Part shown: in pieces, positions 56,801 to 64,000 of the stretch | How the letters are laid out: the number at the start of each line of letters is the position of its first letter | How positions within the stretch are numbered: the stretch's first letter is position 1 | DNA from: a virus | Taxonomy: Duplodnaviria > Caudoviricetes | Length of the DNA: 64,000 nt | Direction: 5' to 3' (one strand) | IMG/VR virus record: IMGVR_UViG_2706796752_000001 | Coordinates: 1-64,000 of that record | Notes under the pieces: model-generated | The model's input: only the letters and a program-made list of their open reading frames with translations | The model's database searches: none | What the model was told of the DNA's origin: nothing | Made by a program: the position numbers and the translations under genes

Positions 56801-59800
56801 AGACATTACAGGTGAGTCACTTCTTGGTACACAGGACATGAAGACATCAGCTCAGTTAGACGCAGACACATGGGGTAAAGGTCAATTCTACTCTTTACGC
56901 AAACAAGCTAGAGACATCGCTGTGGACCCGAACCAAGATGCAGCATACAAAAGCTTAACTACAACTTACGATGCACTTAGAACGTATCTGAGAGCCCTTA
57001 AAACAGGCGCTGGTCGAAACACAGTTTACCCATGGGATACAACTTCTGATGTAATCATGGATGTTAAGCGTACAGAATGGGATAAAGCGTGGGCAGACTA
57101 CGAGAATGCTTATGCATCGTTAACGGTAGTTGTGCAGCAAAAGCAGAAAGACTACACAGATAATCGTATTGAAGATGTGAATTCAGCAATCAAGAACATT
57201 AGTAAAACAGGTCAGCATGCAACAACAGACCTACGAGTTCCGACTACATCTATTTCTGCTCCGATAACAACAATCGCTTTACCAAGTTTCAAAGGATTTA
57301 CGAAGAACAACTTACAGGTTGGTGGTGTGAACTACGCGTATGGAACAGCAAACAAAGTAGAGGTTAAAGGTAATGGTGCAGCTTCAACAAACCAAACAGT
57401 CAAACCGTATACGATTAAACAAGACGGTCTAGACCTAATTAATACAGGTAAGTTCATCTGTGGCTATTATTGGTCAATCGCTCAGGATGGGAACAATCCT
57501 GTACAAGGTTCGATGTATGTTCAACTAGGTGGAGCTCCTTGGACACAAATAGCACCTGCGATATCATTCTCTCCAAGTAACATGTCTGGTGTTTACTTAG
57601 CCGAGAGAAACATAGCACAAAGTAACGGCTCAGGCATAACAGACTTGCAGCTGCGTTTAGACAATGTGGTAGGTACTGTAACAGTAACTAACTTCATGCT
57701 AACAACGAACACTACACTGGAGACTGTCGAGTACTCTACAAACCCTACAGAGATAAGAGCTGATGGTGAGTATCTTTACTTTAACCGTAACAGAGCAATC
57801 GCAGGTGTAACAATGCCTACATTCTATACAGCTAAAAATGGCACACCAGATACAGCTCGTTCGTCCATGACAATCCAAGAAGTGTTCCACGGTAACGGTT
57901 CGGTTTACGATGATTTCCATTGGACAGAGGATGGTACACCAACTAAATCTAACAAATTTACAGATATGCTGTTAGACACTGGATTCTCTCTTGCTATCCA
58001 AAACCAAAACGTCCAATTGCCTAATGAAAACGGAGTTACAGAGCGATACATCCAAGTACAGCTTAATAACTTCGCTAGTAGACCGATGGCGAATAATGGT
58101 ACGGTTCGATTAGCTAATGGTAAAGGTCTAGAGTTAGAGAGATTGGCATCTGGTAACTTCACTAAGTACAACCAGTTCAAGGTTGATTTTGCTAATGCAA
58201 ACATGTCCTTCCTTGTATCTGCGAAGGAAATGAACGTTGCACCCGCATACCAAGTAAAGGGCGAAGAAGTATTGTTCTTTATGCGTGGATGGAAAATGTT
58301 CCAAGGTGAGCCAGTGCAGAAAACTACAGGAGGTGTTGTAACGTACACGTTCAATACTTACTCTGGTTCCGATAACTCAGCGCCTAACTTCACTCCAATC
58401 GGTTACGTTCAAAAAGACCAAGCGATTATGAACAAAGGTGTACTCGCTTCTACAGGAGAATACAAGCGCCCAGTTGAAGTCGCGGCACCTATAAGAACAA
58501 AACAAACAGGTCAACAGTGGCAAGTTGTGTATCAGTTAGCACTACCCTATGATTCTACATGTCAGTTCACAGGAGCTATCGATTTAATCGGTGACCCAGA
58601 GAAAGTATCGCCTACAGTAGTCCGTTACACGTACGTAGATTGGACACCACCGTTTAATGACAAAGACGGTACATTTATGTACGGGATTAACTTAGCAACC
58701 GCACAAGAGGACACTAGGTACCTTATACCTGTTCTTGAGAGACGTATTGCTAACGCAGAGCAGAAAGTAGAGACAGACTCTATCAAGAGTGTTGTATTTA
58801 GTTCTCGTGAGTATGAGTTAGGTCTACAAGATAAAGCAAGCGTAGCTGATGTAGAAGCTAAGGCTGATAAGTCGGACCTTACCGATTTAGCGACTAAGGA
58901 TGAGTTAAAGAGTAGTGAGGAGGCGCGTAAGCGTGAATTAGAAGAAGCGATGAAAAATATCGACTTCACTCCTTATGTACAGAAGTCCGAGATTGAACAG
59001 TTAGATAGACAATGGACAGCTGCATTCTACTCATCCGGTGGTATGAACATCGTAAAAAACTCTATCGGGTTTGACCGTTCGATGAGCGCTAAATTAAATA
59101 AAGAGACGTTCACTTTCTGGGACGATATGATTAACCCCGCATACCAGCAACCAGTTAACATTCAAACTAACGCATTAGACGCATTAGGGTTTACTAGCGG
59201 ATTCATGTTTAACGAATCGCCTAATACTAACTGGACAGCAATAGCACAAGTGCTCAACGTTATCCCTAACCAACCGTACACGATAAGTTATTTCTTACAA
59301 AAGATGAATGCAGGGGATAGTAACTACAGATTCAACATCCTGATACAGCAAACAACTAAGGATAATCCAACATCAGATGCGGATTGGGCTACGATTAACG
59401 GAGGTCAGCTAGCGGACAACAGTAGCATTAAACACAGCGGGTTCATGCCTTCTTACTTCGAGTTCACTCCAACAAATAGTAAGGTTAGACTTGTGTTAAT
59501 TGCTTCCCCTAAATGCGTAGCACAGATTTCTGGTATAATGGTTAACATAGGAAAAAAACCTATCAAGTGGACAATGTCTACAGGGGAGAACTACAACACG
59601 AACGTTCGTATGAACTTAAATGGTATCCGCGTATCTCAGGTTGACAAGGATGGTACAGAAATTGGGTACACAGTCATCACACCGGAACGTTTTGCAGGTT
59701 ATTATATCCGAGACGGTAAACCAGAAGAGATATTCCGACTCGACGGTGATGAGACTTGGACTAAAAAGTTAAGAGCCGAAAACGAGATAAACATGGGACC

Positions 59801-59864
59801 TATTAAGATTCTACGTGTTGAGAATCCTAACAACGCAGGATGGGCGTTTATTTCTAACTACTAG
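53832..59864 (+). CDS. Large baseplate/tail fibre protein (OB-fold-like N-terminus, coiled coils, carbohydrate-binding-like domains)
   Basis: About 2010 aa; RVLIGFIDG..PIV, RNLLIGSR, DWVPAPED motifs. Confidence 0.8.
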   Translation: MVEFEPLETMRFQSQLGKEMKRKYKEGNNLVTLSLADVVKVNYKYNTVDVITVRENNSTAKNPNDNGKYSAMLPTHMSGRTANGNIYGSTTLVTVGTRVLIGFIDGQVDTPIVINIYGKTDDQQQLTRTDFTSADDSIESIQQELWNTFNLYPSMTYDNIDGRGNREVTFSGKTFLIATDRDQENMYVQDAHFDYMDLPHSRYANGELIEPESPDAPTMLFVHQSVYDNHRTTFFVKADGTFRLGSRHISGGGITYQELKPDGSYSIVKKNDTENPEEESSDLSSIEILKDGNVVLQNPKTKMEITDEGVMVNGKPIGSGGSGGGISPELENIIKQINNQFSLLKITMSEIEGGLETKVEKDTYFIDTAEIEAKIKDMKDGARKSKDNLQKSIEDLVKYIANEVNTNPITDANKLQITKLLDDIDNKKASLDAAAQVVLLDPFLTDEQKVAVKKWYDKLNSDHTALKTTVMVAIQDGNLTAQDKKDISTAAETYLNDLTSWLTEMDKAADASYEQRIVDAFENAVNYANKESLHQSAVITHLYNMVSIKVSSEQVTQQFIDLNTKIEKTQEETATALDDFQTQIDNTVKNLPYKVEVTSSNGLIFVNGGVNSTIAAKVTKGTEDVTSTVAVADFIWTRVSNNTAGDTAWNNAHKNVGRSFNINAADVIDRATFFCDYKNPPVATGSVTIANIQDITVGNVEPTNPREGALWYDRGTGIVWMWQQNKWVEINRFDVNIRNLLIGSRDYGAQNSNNPTDPNNSTPQGNISGAWVMSGDTTGTPPKTGVKPSPQNATNQDTWISYTQSQWGGVKYKSSKLASSGLLDVGDMVTYVCYVRTVGGTSPDKGVPIRLYVTDNRDGGTGTIGFEMKDKETDGKPVTGAPVSIRATQQWRMVWGTFPVTQLFLDTANDPNSTSKTVRVEPTSFTDVGAGGQLEIKSHMVVKGVIPSDWVPAPEDTKRDSDNTNWNMDALGNDNYLTRFERGLVKTKLADITGESLLGTQDMKTSAQLDADTWGKGQFYSLRKQARDIAVDPNQDAAYKSLTTTYDALRTYLRALKTGAGRNTVYPWDTTSDVIMDVKRTEWDKAWADYENAYASLTVVVQQKQKDYTDNRIEDVNSAIKNISKTGQHATTDLRVPTTSISAPITTIALPSFKGFTKNNLQVGGVNYAYGTANKVEVKGNGAASTNQTVKPYTIKQDGLDLINTGKFICGYYWSIAQDGNNPVQGSMYVQLGGAPWTQIAPAISFSPSNMSGVYLAERNIAQSNGSGITDLQLRLDNVVGTVTVTNFMLTTNTTLETVEYSTNPTEIRADGEYLYFNRNRAIAGVTMPTFYTAKNGTPDTARSSMTIQEVFHGNGSVYDDFHWTEDGTPTKSNKFTDMLLDTGFSLAIQNQNVQLPNENGVTERYIQVQLNNFASRPMANNGTVRLANGKGLELERLASGNFTKYNQFKVDFANANMSFLVSAKEMNVAPAYQVKGEEVLFFMRGWKMFQGEPVQKTTGGVVTYTFNTYSGSDNSAPNFTPIGYVQKDQAIMNKGVLASTGEYKRPVEVAAPIRTKQTGQQWQVVYQLALPYDSTCQFTGAIDLIGDPEKVSPTVVRYTYVDWTPPFNDKDGTFMYGINLATAQEDTRYLIPVLERRIANAEQKVETDSIKSVVFSSREYELGLQDKASVADVEAKADKSDLTDLATKDELKSSEEARKRELEEAMKNIDFTPYVQKSEIEQLDRQWTAAFYSSGGMNIVKNSIGFDRSMSAKLNKETFTFWDDMINPAYQQPVNIQTNALDALGFTSGFMFNESPNTNWTAIAQVLNVIPNQPYTISYFLQKMNAGDSNYRFNILIQQTTKDNPTSDADWATINGGQLADNSSIKHSGFMPSYFEFTPTNSKVRLVLIASPKCVAQISGIMVNIGKKPIKWTMSTGENYNTNVRMNLNGIRVSQVDKDGTEIGYTVITPERFAGYYIRDGKPEEIFRLDGDETWTKKLRAENEINMGPIKILRVENPNNAGWAFISNY

Positions 59865-59876
59865 GGAGGTTATTCA

Positions 59877-62510
59877 ATGGCAAGTGGTTCTTTTGTAATA
59901 GGTACAACGAACCCCTATGTAGAAGGTAGATGTTATTGGGATGCTTGGTCAGTCCCTGACCGAAACGTTAGTAAGATTAACGTTTCGGTATACTTCTATC
60001 GTACAAATAGTGGTTACACAACAAAAGGTACATTTACCTTTATGCTATACTCATCATTCGGTGAGCAAGCAAGAAATACACAGTACTTTACATTTACAAA
60101 CCCTAACGGAGGAATAGGTACACAGGTACTTAGTACATCATGGGAACAAGCTCATGATGCTAGTGGTAACTTAAGTTTCCGATTATCGGTAGGTAAGGAC
60201 TCGGATGTATTCTCCTTACACAATAATGGGGGCGACGTTGTAGCGGATAAGATAGCTCGAGAGAGTACTGTATCATCACAACCGTCTGCAACATTACCGA
60301 ACGATATCTGGATTGACTTGAATGTGAACAATAGTACATTTCGTCACACAGTTGAATTGTGGGCAAAGAATGCAAGCAACCAAGATGTGTTAATAGAAAC
60401 ACAGACAAATGTAGGTTCACGAGCGTATTACAGTGCTGTACCCGCTCTTCGACAGAAACTAGCACAAACGTTAGGTAATAGGAGTGAGATGGCACTTTGG
60501 GCAACCGCAGTAACATATGATGCCAACGGAAATCAGGTAGGCGGTAAGAAGTGGGGTCCAGAAGGAAGATATTATAGACCTAGCTTAGGATTCATAGCAT
60601 GTCCGGAGCTATTTGTCAATGAAACTATAAGAGCTAGGGTCGGCTCATATGACAGTAGACTTCAGTACAGAGTCCATGTATGTGTTCATATGAATTACAA
60701 TGGCGGAACAGGTTCGCCGCCTCCACCCGAACAAGCAAAGTTTAGAAAGATTCATACTAATGCTAGTGAGAATTTTGACATAACATTTACTCAAGCTGAA
60801 CAGGAAAAGATAGCGACAGACACCATGCCCGATAGAGTAGCTAGAATCGTAACGTATCAGGTTGACACGATGTGTGAAGGCGTTGTTCTCAATAGTAATA
60901 CTGTTATGCCAGCATTCTCTAATGGTAGTATTAACATCTCAAGAATGGCAGGAATCAACCCAGACTTTACAGGTATACCTACAATAGTAGATACTAATGC
61001 AAAAACAGTAGGAGTAACGAAAAATAGTGCGTACATCATTCAAGGACAATCTACCGTACAGGTACAAGTTCCAGCAGCAAGTAAAGCAGTAGCTAAATTC
61101 GGCGCTAGTATCGTTCGTTACGATGTGACAATAAATGGTGTAACATCATCATATCAGTTCCCTGCTACAGGTGACCTAATTGTAAACTATGGTATAGTTA
61201 ATGCAGCGGCAAATACAACATGTAACATCAACGCAGTAGACTCAAGAGGAATGTCAACACCGATAAATAGAATCATATCGATGATACCTTATGCTCCACC
61301 AACGGTATCCGCGACTGGTATGCGTAAGAATAATTTCGAAATATCTACAACGGTATCTGCTACAGGTGCGTATTCCCCCGTTCTAATAGGCGCAACGAAT
61401 ATGAACAAGATATCTAAGTATCAGTATCGTAGTAGAGTACTAGGTTCATCAACATGGGGTCCGCTTACCACTCTAGGTCAGTTAACGGCTAACAACGGAA
61501 CATACTCAGCCGTATTAGCTAACATCCAGTTTGACGTAGATAAAATCTATGAAATAGAGGTGACGATACAGGACGATGTTTCTACGACTGCCTCATTAGG
61601 TAAGTTCATACTGAACAAAGGTACTCCTATTGCCTTCATGGATGCTAAGACACAGTCACTAGGTGTCAACATGATTCCTGTTGCAGGTAATGGTGAGAAC
61701 AAGCTACAGGTAACTGGTGCAGCATACGTTAGTGATAACTTAAAGACACAAGTTATCTTGTTCCCGAAAACTGGTGCAGAGAACAATCCATCAGCAGCTA
61801 ACAACCAATATACTTCATTTCGGATAAAAGATGATAGAGTTATGATGAATGACAAAACTATCTTCTCTCAGGTAGGTAACTTTCCTGATATTCGATTAGG
61901 TGGTAAGTTCTACTCGTACAGCCCTTATGGTACGTACGATGACGAGTTTGGTAATATCAAGGCGCAAGATGCAGTACAACCTCAAAATACGTGGGGAGTA
62001 TTCCAGAAGTCATCTACAGGTCACAATGCTGCTATACTCATACCTTTACTAGCAGATGCTGACCCTAATATTACTACAATAACGCTCGGTGGGGTTAACT
62101 ACAAGATGAATAGAAATGCGTCTAACATGGCACCTAACGGCGCGATGGCATTTACTAACGCGTACAATGGCGGAAGAATGACTGCCTACTTTGAAAACAT
62201 ATTCTCAAACAACGCAGGTGCAAACCCATCTAGACCAGAGTATAAAGAACATGTAGAGTTACTTGACATCGATGCAACAAGTCTCATAAATAGCAACAAC
62301 GTTTACTCTTATGATTATAAAGATGAATATCGACAGCCTAACCATAATAAACTCAAAAAAGACATAGGTGTCCTTATAAACAAAACTCTTAGTCTCATGA
62401 CAAATGATGATGATACTGCAATCAAGGATTATGCTATGTCTAGTATTCTATGGAAAGGTCTGCAAGAAGCAAATGCACGTATTACAAAATTAGAGGAGGA
62501 AATAAAATGA
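59877..62510 (+). CDS. Tail fibre/receptor-binding protein with C-terminal intramolecular chaperone (peptidase S74-like)
   Basis: DUF859-like beta-rich body (AVDSRG, PYAPP); SRPEYKEHV...YSYDYK...IGVL...LWKGLQEANARITKLE. Confidence 0.8.
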   Translation: MASGSFVIGTTNPYVEGRCYWDAWSVPDRNVSKINVSVYFYRTNSGYTTKGTFTFMLYSSFGEQARNTQYFTFTNPNGGIGTQVLSTSWEQAHDASGNLSFRLSVGKDSDVFSLHNNGGDVVADKIARESTVSSQPSATLPNDIWIDLNVNNSTFRHTVELWAKNASNQDVLIETQTNVGSRAYYSAVPALRQKLAQTLGNRSEMALWATAVTYDANGNQVGGKKWGPEGRYYRPSLGFIACPELFVNETIRARVGSYDSRLQYRVHVCVHMNYNGGTGSPPPPEQAKFRKIHTNASENFDITFTQAEQEKIATDTMPDRVARIVTYQVDTMCEGVVLNSNTVMPAFSNGSINISRMAGINPDFTGIPTIVDTNAKTVGVTKNSAYIIQGQSTVQVQVPAASKAVAKFGASIVRYDVTINGVTSSYQFPATGDLIVNYGIVNAAANTTCNINAVDSRGMSTPINRIISMIPYAPPTVSATGMRKNNFEISTTVSATGAYSPVLIGATNMNKISKYQYRSRVLGSSTWGPLTTLGQLTANNGTYSAVLANIQFDVDKIYEIEVTIQDDVSTTASLGKFILNKGTPIAFMDAKTQSLGVNMIPVAGNGENKLQVTGAAYVSDNLKTQVILFPKTGAENNPSAANNQYTSFRIKDDRVMMNDKTIFSQVGNFPDIRLGGKFYSYSPYGTYDDEFGNIKAQDAVQPQNTWGVFQKSSTGHNAAILIPLLADADPNITTITLGGVNYKMNRNASNMAPNGAMAFTNAYNGGRMTAYFENIFSNNAGANPSRPEYKEHVELLDIDATSLINSNNVYSYDYKDEYRQPNHNKLKKDIGVLINKTLSLMTNDDDTAIKDYAMSSILWKGLQEANARITKLEEEIK

Positions 62511-62668
62511 CAGAATTAAAGAAATATTATGAGGTGCCGTTCGACTATAATAACAGAAAGTCTACAATTAAGGATGCGTGGGCGAAACTAACAGCAGATA
62601 TGTACGCTTACGATGGTACAGTTCTTTCACAATACAATGTGTATATGATGGAGGCTGGATTCCTCTAA
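62507..62668 (+). CDS. Small hypothetical protein
   Basis: Start at 62507 after GAGGAGG, ATGA overlap. Confidence 0.6.
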   Translation: MTELKKYYEVPFDYNNRKSTIKDAWAKLTADMYAYDGTVLSQYNVYMMEAGFL

Positions 62669-62689
62669 CGTTTTAATGGATGGTCATAT

Positions 62690-62887
62690 GTGCCTACAGA
62701 TACACCTTATGTTAATATGTATCCAGTAGATACGATGGACCCGATAGACTTTGAGAAGAAGATATGGGTTATAATAAGAGCACAGCTTAAAAAGGTAGTT
62801 CTAGGTGAAATGAGATTCTACTTAACGACATATAAAGCTGACCCATATGAACTAACATCAGTACCACCAATAAGATACCCAAGATAA
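62690..62887 (+). CDS. Small hypothetical protein
   Basis: 65 aa. Confidence 0.55.
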   Translation: MPTDTPYVNMYPVDTMDPIDFEKKIWVIIRAQLKKVVLGEMRFYLTTYKADPYELTSVPPIRYPR

Positions 62888-62890
62888 GGA

Positions 62891-63565
62891 GTGATTTATG
62901 TGAATTTTAATAGACCGTATGAAGAGCAGCTTTTGTACAATGGTTATGAAAGCTTGCCATACGAATTTAAGAATATGATTGTATCGGACCTAGCTAGCAA
63001 TTTTGGTATCACATTTAACGAGGTAACCATGGACATGATTCTACATGTTCACAAATCTCTTAAACTTGCAGAGACAAAAGAGATACATCGGACGGTGCTT
63101 GAGTCAGGATTCTTTCATCCAGCAACTTTTCGAATGTACGATATCACGATAAAGAAACAAGTTGACATGATTGGTATTCGTGTGTTAATGCAAACAACAG
63201 ATAAGAAATCCGTAGACTTGTTCACGGAGGACTCCGGTGTAGTAACTCACACAAGAGAAGAATTCATACAGTTATTCGAAATGATTATTTCATATAAGGA
63301 CGAGCTAGACACGAAGTTGATTAGAATGAACGAAGCTATCATGATGTCGAATTCTACAAAAGAGATTCTAGCGTTAGACTGGTATAAATTTACGACTAAT
63401 CCAAATGTAGAAGGAGATGGAGATAGTGCAGGAGAAGCAGATTCAAGTACAGGACAAGTATTACCTGATGGTGTTGGAAGCGAAGGTACAGGAACTAACG
63501 AAGGAGAACCTAGTGGCACAGGCTCTGGTGAGACAGCTGGTGGAGGAGAACCAAAACCTGATTGA
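62891..63565 (+). CDS. Putative tail fibre assembly protein (DUF4376-like) with G/S/E-rich tail
   Basis: VTHTREEFIQL...KEILALDW pattern; position after fibre. Confidence 0.6.
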   Translation: MIYVNFNRPYEEQLLYNGYESLPYEFKNMIVSDLASNFGITFNEVTMDMILHVHKSLKLAETKEIHRTVLESGFFHPATFRMYDITIKKQVDMIGIRVLMQTTDKKSVDLFTEDSGVVTHTREEFIQLFEMIISYKDELDTKLIRMNEAIMMSNSTKEILALDWYKFTTNPNVEGDGDSAGEADSSTGQVLPDGVGSEGTGTNEGEPSGTGSGETAGGGEPKPD

Positions 63566-63635
63566 GATGTATAACGCTTTACAGAATACGGCAGAGACAA
63601 CTGATGAATCTGAGGGAGAGAAGGAGGGCAAATAG
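63426..63635 (+). CDS. Small coiled-coil protein overlapping the upstream gene
   Basis: GTG at 63426 with AAGGAG 9 nt upstream; terminator at about 63614-63651 follows its stop. Confidence 0.65.
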   Translation: MQEKQIQVQDKYYLMVLEAKVQELTKENLVAQALVRQLVEENQNLIEMYNALQNTAETTDESEGEKEGK

Positions 63636-63689
63636 CCTCCTTCTTTTTCTTTATCTGCTATATTACAAACGAGAAAGGGAGGAAACTAA

Positions 63690-64000
63690 ATGACTATTGC
63701 TAATGGTAAATCTAGACTACAGCGTATCGCCTTTGAAGTGGGCGGTCGAACATTCCGATTCGCACTAAACCCTGAGTCGATGGAAGAAGCGAGACCACAT
63801 AGAACGACAGCATTAAAAACAAAGAGTCGTATTATTGTAGAGGACTTCCAAGATGACATCCCTACATTAACAATCTCCGGTACGACAGGATTCAATCCTA
63901 CAGGTCAAGCATCCGATAGAGGTGTTAACAAGATTAAAGAGATGAAGAATTTCATTGCAGACTTCTCAGCTACTGGAGGTAATGGTAAGCTATCAAAAAA
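63690..64000 (+). CDS. Baseplate/tail protein, truncated by window end
   Basis: MTIANGKSRLQRIAFEVGG..FRFALNPE..., late promoter at 63656, RBS GGGAGG. Confidence 0.75.
   Translation, partial: MTIANGKSRLQRIAFEVGGRTFRFALNPESMEEARPHRTTALKTKSRIIVEDFQDDIPTLTISGTTGFNPTGQASDRGVNKIKEMKNFIADFSATGGNGKLSK

Noticed and set aside
2901-63895. Many opposite-strand ORFs in the track (e.g. 8963-9418, 12557-13051, 36134-36577, 49725-50231, 54848-55291)
   Set aside because: Antisense shadows of well-supported genes, with S/L/F-rich composition and no RBS.

Overview
Left part of a lytic Herelleviridae (Bastillevirinae, SPO1/Twort-like) Bacillus myovirus genome, probably infecting the B. cereus group; the endolysin and gene order resemble Wphvirus-type phages (inference). 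1-1500 is non-coding and carries about 25 copies of a 15-bp near-palindrome matching the CodY box, plus several promoter-like sites with an incomplete -10. Two + strand early genes follow. 2.7-25.4 kb is a - strand block of small accessory genes in sigma-A promoter/terminator cassettes. It includes expanded paralogue families (seven proteins with an N-terminal RHxRxxQ motif, about ten PC4/PUR-like two-repeat proteins, four small C-H/C-CxxC zinc proteins), DHFR, dNMP kinase, ThyA and a PRS-like plus Nampt-like pair (NARP1-type NAD+ reconstitution). Next come the endolysin and terminase genes (- strand), then a strand switch with an AT-rich region and a candidate structured ncRNA. The + strand morphogenesis module has portal, protease, capsid, neck, sheath, tube, chaperones with a +1 frameshift site, tape measure, tail lysin and fibres. 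No tRNA, CRISPR array, integrase or intron was seen. All calls are by eye; no database searches were run.
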